Assembly (NCBI GenBank): GCA_965368115.1
Contig: CBDULQ010000066.1
Coordinates: 1-15,997, forward strand
Length of the DNA stretch: 15,997 nucleotides
Source of the DNA: an uncultured Gammaproteobacteria bacterium
GTDB taxonomy: Bacteria > Pseudomonadota > Gammaproteobacteria > SZUA-229
Reading direction: 5' to 3'
Below are positions 1 to 5,365 of the stretch, one piece after another (position 1 is the stretch's first letter; each line of letters begins with the position of its first letter). The notes beneath the pieces were generated by a model. It searched no databases. It saw nothing but the letters and a program-made list of their open reading frames with translations, and had not been told where the DNA came from. The position numbers and the translations under genes are program-made.

Positions 1-31
1 ACATTTATGTTGTTTCGCAAAGAAACCGCGC

Positions 32-101
32 GCGGATATAGCTTAGTGGAAAAGCGCTACCTTCACAGGTTGAGATGTGAGTTCGATTCTCGCTATCCGT
101 T
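32..101 (+). tRNA. tRNA-like element (Val-CAC-like), probably degenerate/pseudo-tRNA; no CCA
   Basis: Acceptor GCGGATA/TATCCGT (one G-U). D-arm GCTT-AGTGGAA-AAGC. T-arm GTGAG-TTCGATT-CTCGC. The anticodon region is one nt short: the best fold is a 5-bp stem (one mismatch) closing a 6-nt loop TTCACA, or a 4-bp ACCT/AGGT stem with a TCAC tetraloop. CAC sits at the anticodon position. Confidence 0.4.
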
Positions 102-200
102 TTGAATTTTAGCGACCAGTGTCGCTGTAGTTGTTGAACAGAGCCTGTAACAGAGTGCTGTGTGCGCTCAATGGTCTTATATCGACAACGTCAATATTGC

Positions 201-275
201 TGGGGCATGCGCCATCGGTAGGCGGGAGTACTGTTAATGCTCTGTATGAAAGTTCGAGTCTTTCTGCCCCAGCCA
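201..275 (+). tRNA. tRNA-Asn(GTT), CCA encoded
   Basis: Acceptor TGGGGCA/TGCCCCA (U1-A72, as in E. coli tRNA-Asn). D-arm CGCC-ATCGGTA-GGCG. Anticodon arm GAGTA-CTGTTAA-TGCTC (anticodon GTT). Variable loop TGTAT. T-arm GAAAG-TTCGAGT-CTTTC. Discriminator G, then CCA. Confidence 0.7.
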
Positions 276-292
276 GATAAATTTGGTATTTC

Positions 293-368
293 GCTTCGGT
301 AGCTCAGCCGGTAGAGCGCCTGTCTGAAGAGCAGGGCGTCGGTGGATCGAAACCACCCCGAAGCGCCA
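293..368 (+). tRNA. tRNA-Phe(GAA), CCA encoded
   Basis: Acceptor GCTTCGG/CCGAAGC. D-arm GCTC-AGCCGGTA-GAGC. Anticodon arm CCTGT-CTGAAGA-GCAGG (anticodon GAA). Variable loop GCGTC. T-arm GGTGG-ATCGAAA-CCACC; position 54 is A, which is unusual. Discriminator G (E. coli Phe has A73), then CCA. Confidence 0.7.
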
Positions 369-369
369 T

Positions 370-444
370 GACGAGAAGGTTGCTGGTAACCAGGCGGGTA
401 TTACAAACCTGTTGGCGCAAGTTCGATTCTTGCTCTCGTCACCA
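370..444 (+). tRNA. tRNA-Val(TAC), CCA encoded, non-canonical D-arm
   Basis: Starts 1 nt after the CCA of tRNA-Phe. Acceptor GACGAGA/TCTCGTC. Anticodon arm CGGGT-ATTACAA-ACCTG (one G-U; anticodon TAC). Variable loop TTGGC. T-arm GCAAG-TTCGATT-CTTGC is perfect. Discriminator A, then CCA. The D region GTTGCTGGTAACCAGG folds only as CTGG/CCAG around a 3-nt loop, which is aberrant. Confidence 0.6.
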
Positions 445-492
445 GATATCGGGCCGATGATGCTGGTTTAAAAATCGTCGGTCCTTGTACAG

Positions 493-568
493 GGCCCTGT
501 AACTCAATGGGTAGAGTGGCTGATTGTCTATCAGCAGGTTGCGTGTTCGAGTCACGTCAGGGCCGCCA
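493..568 (+). tRNA. tRNA-Asp(GTC), CCA encoded
   Basis: Acceptor GGCCCTG/CAGGGCC. D-arm ACTC-AATGGGTA-GAGT. Anticodon arm GCTGA-TTGTCTA-TCAGC (anticodon GTC). Variable loop AGGTT. T-arm GCGTG-TTCGAGT-CACGT. Discriminator G, then CCA. The listed ORF 507..716 is spurious and overlaps this gene. Confidence 0.75.
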
Positions 569-599
569 GTTAAGAATCGGAAGCTTGATTCCGAGATAT

Positions 600-673
600 G
601 GTGAAGTTAGTTCAATGGTAGAACTCCTGATTGTGGCTCAGGCGATGCGAGTTCGATTCTCGCCTTCACCCCA
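600..673 (+). tRNA. tRNA-His(GTG); no encoded G-1; 3' end C-CA, so the CCA call is ambiguous
   Basis: Acceptor GGTGAAG/CTTCACC is perfect. D-stem GTTC/GAAC with loop AATGGTA. Anticodon arm CCTGA-TTGTGGC-TCAGG (anticodon GTG). Variable loop CGAT. T-arm GCGAG-TTCGATT-CTCGC. Discriminator C, as expected for His. The upstream base is T, so the bacterial G-1:C73 extra pair is not encoded. Three nt (TTA) separate the acceptor and D stems. Confidence 0.6.
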
Positions 674-701
674 GGTTTGTGTGTATTCACAGAGAAAATA
701 T

Positions 702-784
702 GGGTCGTTCGTCTAATGGTATGACACCGGACTTTTACTCCGGCGCGAATCGCATTGAGAGTTCGAGTCTCTCACGACCCACCA
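702..784 (+). tRNA. tRNA-Lys(TTT)-like with a 13-nt type-II-like variable arm, CCA encoded
   Basis: Acceptor GGGTCGT/ACGACCC is perfect and identical to E. coli tRNA-Lys. D-stem GTC/GAC. Anticodon arm CCGGA-CTTTTAC-TCCGG (anticodon TTT). The variable region CGCGAATCGCATT folds as a GCG-AAT-CGC mini-hairpin. T-arm GAGAG-TTCGAGT-CTCTC. Discriminator A, then CCA. Total length 83 nt. Confidence 0.55.
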
Positions 785-897
785 CGAATTGAAGAACTTG
801 CCAGAAGTTTAGCGGTGAGGGTTCTGTATGCCCTGCCTGCGCACTGACGCTATCCATTGCAAAGTGTGTACAAAACACTGGAAAAGCTTCAATACCA

Positions 898-975
898 GCG
901 AAGCTAGCTCAATTGGGTAGAGCAACTGACTTTTAATCAGTGTGTTACAGGTTCGAATCCTGTTCTTCTCAACCA
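898..975 (+). tRNA. tRNA-Lys(TTT)-like, body very similar to E. coli tRNA-Lys but acceptor stem imperfect; possibly a pseudo or variant tRNA
   Basis: D-arm GCTC-AATTGGGTA-GAGC. Anticodon arm ACTGA-CTTTTAA-TCAGT (anticodon TTT). Variable loop GTGTT. T-arm ACAGG-TTCGAAT-CCTGT. Acceptor 5' GCGAAGC pairs with 3' TCTTCTC at only 5 of 7 positions. The 3' end reads A-ACCA, one extra nt before CCA. Confidence 0.45.
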
Positions 976-1398
976 ACCTGTTACGTTGGCTAAGGTAAAG
1001 GCGAAAGCCTGCGGTTCGACTCCGCTTAAATGAGTGTCGAAAGACACAGACGACGACCAGGCCTCCGGTGAAGCCGGCGCCGCTTTGCGGCTCGGCTGCT
1101 CACAACGTGTATAGGGCCTGTGCAGTCGGCTTGGATGTGCAGTGCAGTTTGTCTGTAACGCCGTGTTGAAAAGGAAATTTTTCAAGGATGAAATCTCGGC
1201 TACACGGGCAGATGAATATGTACGTCACCCCGGCTGTCCGCCCCTTATGCGTGAGGTCGTCGCGTTTATATTCAAAGATTCTCAATTAAACCTGAAGGAG
1301 GTCTCATGAAGATTCGTTAACAGCCGGTAGTAGCATCCCTGTGAATGGGGACCGGCCAGGAAATGCTGCGTACTATTTATTAATCAAGGAGAATAATC

Positions 1399-2544
1399 AT
1401 GTTTGGAATTAAGCGTATTGTCATTGCACAACACGAACGCGCACTTTACCTGAAGAACCGTACTATCGAAAAGGTTCTGGAGCCGGGCGTGTACTGGATG
1501 TTTGACCTGTTCGGTCGGATCGATATTCAGGTTTATGATATTAATCAGCCGGAATTTAATCACCCTAACCAGGAAATGATTGTCAAAGAATACAGGGATC
1601 TTTGCGATCATCATTTTCAGGTCGCAGAACTCGGTGATCACGAGGTTGGTTACCTTTATGTCGATAACAAGCTGACTAACGTACTGTTTCCGGCTACTCG
1701 TCATCTGTACTGGAAAGGTCCTTACGATATTCGAATCGAAACTCAGAATATCGAGCGGGACTACCAGGTCGAGGCGGATAAAATGGCGCTTCTGGCCTAC
1801 AAGCGGCTAGCTACCCTGGGCAACCATGTTGTCGAAGCCGTGCTGCCGGTCGAAGTTGCTGCACAGCACATCGGTCTTCTGTTTATCGATGGTGAACTGG
1901 TGAAAACCCTGAAACCGGGTCTTTATGTGTTCTGGAAGTTCAATCGAAAGGTTGCTGTGGAATATGTTGATACCCGGCTGCAGGCGATGGAGGTTTCCGG
2001 TCAGGAGATCCTGACTCGAGACAAGGTAAGCCTGCGGGTTAATCTATCAGCATCTTACAAGATCGTCGATCCGGTAACTGCACGAACTGCACTCGTCAAT
2101 ATGACTGAGTACCTGTACCGGGAAGTACAGTTCGCAATTCGTGAGGCCATTGGCACTCGTCTACTGGACGAACTACTGGCTAATAAAGGTGAGCTGGATC
2201 AGGTGATTTTCGATTCAGTTAAAAGCAAAGCGAAAGACAACGGTATTCATGTACAAGGCGTGGGAATCAAGGACATTATCCTGCCGGGTGACATGAAGGA
2301 CATTATGAACCAGGTGGTTCAAGCCGAAAAAGCTGCGCAAGCTAATGTCATTAAACGTCGCGAAGAAACCGCTGCGACTCGTTCACTGCTGAACACTGCA
2401 CGACTGATGGATGAAAATCCGACTCTGCTGCGACTGAAAGAGCTGGAGGCTCTTGAAAAAGTCACCGAAAAAATCGATAAGCTGACTGTGTTCGGCGGAC
2501 TCGATGGTGTGCTTAAGGAAGTCGTAAAAGTCAGCATGAACTAG
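1399..2544 (+). CDS. SPFH/band-7 (slipin/prohibitin-like) domain protein, 381 aa, no N-terminal TM segment
   Basis: Strong SD AAGGAG 7 nt before the ATG. A typical SPFH core is present (…QEILTRDKVSLRVNLSASYKIVDP…VQFAIREAIG…). The C-terminal half is a coiled coil (QAEKAAQANVIKRREETAATRSLL…). The N-terminal ~190 aa contains a partial internal repeat. GC content is lower than in the rest of the window. Confidence 0.85.
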   Translation: MFGIKRIVIAQHERALYLKNRTIEKVLEPGVYWMFDLFGRIDIQVYDINQPEFNHPNQEMIVKEYRDLCDHHFQVAELGDHEVGYLYVDNKLTNVLFPATRHLYWKGPYDIRIETQNIERDYQVEADKMALLAYKRLATLGNHVVEAVLPVEVAAQHIGLLFIDGELVKTLKPGLYVFWKFNRKVAVEYVDTRLQAMEVSGQEILTRDKVSLRVNLSASYKIVDPVTARTALVNMTEYLYREVQFAIREAIGTRLLDELLANKGELDQVIFDSVKSKAKDNGIHVQGVGIKDIILPGDMKDIMNQVVQAEKAAQANVIKRREETAATRSLLNTARLMDENPTLLRLKELEALEKVTEKIDKLTVFGGLDGVLKEVVKVSMN

Positions 2545-2706
2545 CGTTTTGGGTTCAGACTGAGACTCCGGGCCAGGGAAGGTTCGGGGGCTGTCGGCTT
2601 GATTTAAAAGGACCAGAGCAGGAGGTGATGCGCTGGACTTAGTAACAGGCAAATATCTTTTCCATTGAGTGGGCCTGCCAAATGGGCGGGTTCATATTCA
2701 TATCAA

Positions 2707-2783
2707 ACCCACGTGGCCCAACTGGCAGAGGCGCTCGGCTTAGACCCGAGATGATGAAAGTTCGAACCTTTCCGTGGGTACCA
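2707..2783 (+). tRNA. tRNA-Leu(TAG) with a short (5-nt) variable loop, class-I-like architecture, CCA encoded
   Basis: Acceptor ACCCACG/CGTGGGT. D-stem GCC/GGC with an 11-nt loop. Anticodon arm CTCGG-CTTAGAC-CCGAG is perfect (anticodon TAG). The variable loop ATGAT is only 5 nt, whereas bacterial tRNA-Leu normally has a long arm. T-arm GAAAG-TTCGAAC-CTTTC. Discriminator A (a Leu identity element), then CCA. Confidence 0.6.
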
Positions 2784-2789
2784 GATTTT

Positions 2790-2864
2790 TCGCTGGTGGT
2801 GTAACAGGTAACACTCCGGACTTTGACTTCGGCATTGATAGTTCGAATCTATCCCGGCGAGCCA
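2790..2864 (+). tRNA. tRNA-Gln(TTG), CCA encoded
   Basis: Acceptor TCGCTGG/CCGGCGA, with U1-A72 as in E. coli tRNA-Gln. D-arm GTGT-AACAGGTA-ACAC. Anticodon arm CCGGA-CTTTGAC-TTCGG (anticodon TTG). Variable loop CATT. T-arm GATAG-TTCGAAT-CTATC. Discriminator G, then CCA. It lies 6 nt after tRNA-Leu. Confidence 0.7.
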
Positions 2865-2918
2865 ATTTCTGTATGCAATGTATATCCAGACCTTATTCAT
2901 CAACACAGGACAGGAGAG

Positions 2919-3482
2919 ATGGGATATACCATGCAACATATTCTCGCCGTCGATATCGGCGGCAGGCCTTTTGACTGGCTGCACTGGCAACACGTAGTAC
3001 AGCTATATGCACGGGATGAGATCGCCTGGGAAACCGGCACCGCGCTGTACCGTATTCGAGGCGGTCTCAATCGTCGAACCCGACAATGTAGTGAAATAGA
3101 GCTGACGTCCGTTGTATCGGTTCGAGGTGCAAATACCGCTGCTGTCTATCAGGGGCAGCCGTCGCTAAGTAATCGCACGCTATTTGCCAGGGACGATTAC
3201 CTGTGTATGTATTGTGGTCGTCGGTTGTCCATGTCGCAGCTAACTCGGGATCATATTATGCCGAGGGCGCAGGGTGGTCGTGATGACTGGGAAAATGTTA
3301 CTACCGCATGTAAGTCCTGTAATAATCGCAAGGGTAACAGGACCCCGGAGCAGGCAGGTATGCCGTTGCTGGCGGTACCTTATGTGCCGAATCATGCGGA
3401 ATTTCTGATGCTCGCCAATCGCCGTATTCTGGCGGATCAGATGGTATTCCTGCGTCAATATGTACCCAGGACTCGCCGTTAA
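2919..3482 (+). CDS. HNH endonuclease (small HNH nuclease, ~188 aa)
   Basis: The HNH motif reads CMYCGRR…DHIMPRAQGG…WENVTTACKSCNNRKGN (C-x2-C … H … N … C-x2-C … N). SD AGGAGA precedes the ATG at 2919. The listed ORF start at 2823 would overlap tRNA-Gln and is unlikely. A rho-independent terminator follows. Confidence 0.8.
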   Translation: MGYTMQHILAVDIGGRPFDWLHWQHVVQLYARDEIAWETGTALYRIRGGLNRRTRQCSEIELTSVVSVRGANTAAVYQGQPSLSNRTLFARDDYLCMYCGRRLSMSQLTRDHIMPRAQGGRDDWENVTTACKSCNNRKGNRTPEQAGMPLLAVPYVPNHAEFLMLANRRILADQMVFLRQYVPRTRR

Positions 3483-3485
3483 ATA

Positions 3486-3524
3486 GAACAAACCCGTTTC
3501 GTCCGGAAGCGGGTTTGTTCTTTT
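3486..3524 (+). terminator. rho-independent terminator after the HNH gene
   Basis: The stem GAACAAACCCG … CGGGTTTGTTC is perfect over 11 bp and is followed by TTTT. Confidence 0.75.
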
Positions 3525-3626
3525 CAGTCCTGTACCAATACCGCTCACTGTGCTTGCTCTCGATGTTTACACTGCCGGACTAAGGGCTCCGTCATCAGGC
3601 TTAACTGAGGAGGCTGGCAATAAGGG

Positions 3627-3642
3627 TATAACATGTTATAAT
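3627..3642 (+). promoter_or_regulatory. perfect 14-bp palindrome TATAACATGTTATA overlapping a TATAAT -10 box; candidate operator plus promoter of the TSUP gene
   Basis: The palindrome spans 3627-3640 and TATAAT spans 3637-3642. A weak -35-like TGGCAA lies 16 nt upstream. The ACATGT core is shared with the motifs at 10779-10797 and 5303-5311. Confidence 0.5.
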
Positions 3643-3695
3643 AAGTTAATTTTTTGCGGTATGAATATGGTAAATATTCTTTAAAACAATAAGTT

Positions 3696-4442
3696 ATGGA
3701 ATATATCTCAAGTATTATTGATACTCGGTGGGCACTTGCAGCGGTTGCCGTTCTGCTCGCCGGGGTGGTGCGTGGCTTTTCCGGTTTTGGTGCCGGGCTG
3801 ATTCTGGTGCCGACCCTGGGCGTGCTCTACGGCCCGGTCGAAGCGGTGGTATCGGTGATGTTACTGGAGCTGATTCCCACTGCTCAGATGTTGCCGCGCG
3901 CACTCAAACACTGTCACTGGCCCAGTGCTGCGCCCATGTTATTGATGGCGACGCTGACCATTCCGTTGGGTTCGTTTGTGCTCGTCGTGATGGATGAACA
4001 TCTGGTACGCGGCCTCATTGCCGTGGTGGTGTTGCTGGGTTGTGCCTGGCTGGCCAGTGGCAGGCGTCTCGTGTCTGCTACGGTATCGACCCGATCCGGT
4101 CCACTGCTGACCGGAGGACTCAGCGGTCTGTTGAGCGGGGCGGTTGGACTGGGCGGTTTGCCGGTGGTGATGTATTACCTGTCCGGTACGCATCGAGCCC
4201 AGGCGACGCGTTCGAGCATCATTGTGATATTGCTGGCCAGTGTGCTGGTGTCTTTGATCACGTTTCTCCTGCATGGCATCGTCAGTGAACAGATTGTCAT
4301 GCGTTGTCTCACCCTGGCGCCGTTATTGCTCTTTGCAACCTGGCTGGGTGGTTGTATATTCGGCAGAGTATCGGAGCAGTTGTTCCGTCGGCTGTTACTC
4401 ATTCTGTTGAGTATGGTCGGTCTGGTCACGCTGGCGATCTGA
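3696..4442 (+). CDS. TSUP family permease (TauE/SafE-like sulfite/organosulfonate exporter family, DUF81)
   Basis: The 248-aa polytopic membrane protein has the duplicated Gly-rich TSUP pattern: (AGVVRGFSGFGAGLILVP…) and (LLTGGLSGLLSGAVGLGGLPVVMYYL…). Confidence 0.8.
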   Translation: MEYISSIIDTRWALAAVAVLLAGVVRGFSGFGAGLILVPTLGVLYGPVEAVVSVMLLELIPTAQMLPRALKHCHWPSAAPMLLMATLTIPLGSFVLVVMDEHLVRGLIAVVVLLGCAWLASGRRLVSATVSTRSGPLLTGGLSGLLSGAVGLGGLPVVMYYLSGTHRAQATRSSIIVILLASVLVSLITFLLHGIVSEQIVMRCLTLAPLLLFATWLGGCIFGRVSEQLFRRLLLILLSMVGLVTLAI

Positions 4443-4489
4443 TGTAAATCCTGTGTTCGAACCATTCTATGCAGAAGGGGAATAACCAT

Positions 4490-4927
4490 ATGGAACTGCG
4501 CGCGTTGATTCAACAGGCCGAAGATATTCGTCAGCAACGTCACGCGCTGGCGCAACAGGATTTACAGCTCAGGCAACAACTGGAACACATCGAAGCGGAG
4601 ATTAAAAAGCTCGCCGATACCGATGAGCTGAATTACGAGAACCTCTCGGAACAGGAATTTCAGTTGTTGCTGTCGGAACTGGGCGACGATAAGCGCATCA
4701 AGATCGAAGTGGTGTACGCCGAGCCGAAACGCCAGATCATCAACGAAGTTCAGGTGCCCGACGGTGCGACCATCGAAGACGGTATCGTGCTTTCCGGTAT
4801 TCTCGACGAGCTACCGCATATTGAATTAACCGAAACCCGGGTGGGTATCTTCGGTGCCATCAAGCCCCTGGCGGAAGTTTTGCGTGACGGCGACCGCGTC
4901 GAAATCTATCGACCGGTTAACAGTTAG
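4490..4927 (+). CDS. rnfH: RnfH-family (UPF0125, RatB/YfjF-like) beta-grasp protein with a ~65-aa coiled-coil N-terminal extension
   Basis: The C-terminal ~85 aa (KIEVVYAEPKRQIINEVQVPDGATIEDGIVLSGILDEL…VGIFGAIKPLAEVLRDGDRVEIYRPV) closely resemble E. coli RatB/RnfH (VEVAYALPEKQY…EGATVEEAI…VGIY…DGDRVEIYRPL). SD GAAGGGG lies 9 nt before the ATG at 4490. An in-frame ATG at 4469 is an alternative start. Confidence 0.7.
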   Translation: MELRALIQQAEDIRQQRHALAQQDLQLRQQLEHIEAEIKKLADTDELNYENLSEQEFQLLLSELGDDKRIKIEVVYAEPKRQIINEVQVPDGATIEDGIVLSGILDELPHIELTETRVGIFGAIKPLAEVLRDGDRVEIYRPVNS

Positions 4928-5365
4928 TCTTTTAATCAGTTTTTTCTTTCTGCTGCAGCGCGGGCAAGCTCGCGCCTGTTCATCTTTTTCTATTCCTTCC
5001 TGTCTGCTTCGCGACGGAAAAAACTGTTTTGATATTAATTCCTTAGCGATGTTTTTCTGCATTCCTGCCTAGCACGACCAGTACTTGTATTAAGACTTTC
5101 AGACAGTGACGCACCAGTATGCGTTATTGAAGTGCCCCGTATCCTTGCATCGCACCATTATCGTTCGTGCTGCCTGTTAATTCAGACTTTCGTGATATTT
5201 CTCAATGCAAGCCGTTTTTCGTTTAAAAACATTAACCTGTCTCTTGATGCGGGTAATTGTTTATGCCTTGGCACAGGCTGTGCAACAGTATTACCAGTCA
5301 ATATGACATGTTGTAACAAGTTAACTCATCAAAACGGGCTGACATAAAAACGCGAGGAAATGGTT

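Noticed and set aside
507-716. listed 69-aa ORF on + strand
   Set aside because: It lies entirely across tRNA-Asp, tRNA-His and tRNA-Lys. It has no RBS and is a translation artefact of the tRNA sequence.
785-897. possible additional degenerate tRNA between the two Lys-like genes (AGTGT-GTACAAA-ACACT hairpin, …CAATACCA end)
   Set aside because: No full cloverleaf with a T-arm could be assembled. It is possibly a decayed tRNA remnant but is not callable.
937-1285. two short minus-strand ORFs (82 and 61 aa) over the tRNA-Lys-like gene and the hairpin-rich spacer
   Set aside because: They overlap tRNA and structured sequence and have no SD. Their amino-acid composition is typical of GC-rich noise.
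1306-1320. mini-ORF ATG-AAG-ATT-CGT-TAA (MKIR) behind a strong SD GAAGGAGG; a similar AGGAGG-ATG-CGC-TGG-ACT-TAG (MRWT) at 2619-2642
   Set aside because: Both could be leader peptides, but a 4-codon ORF behind an SD arises by chance easily. In the second case the spacing is only about 2 nt. There is no supporting attenuator structure.
2823-2918. upstream extension of the HNH ORF to ATG 2823
   Set aside because: It would be read through tRNA-Gln (2790-2864). The ATG at 2919 has a proper SD.
3939-4555. His/Gln/Arg-rich minus-strand ORFs across the TSUP gene
   Set aside because: Low-complexity antisense translation of a GC-rich membrane-protein gene.
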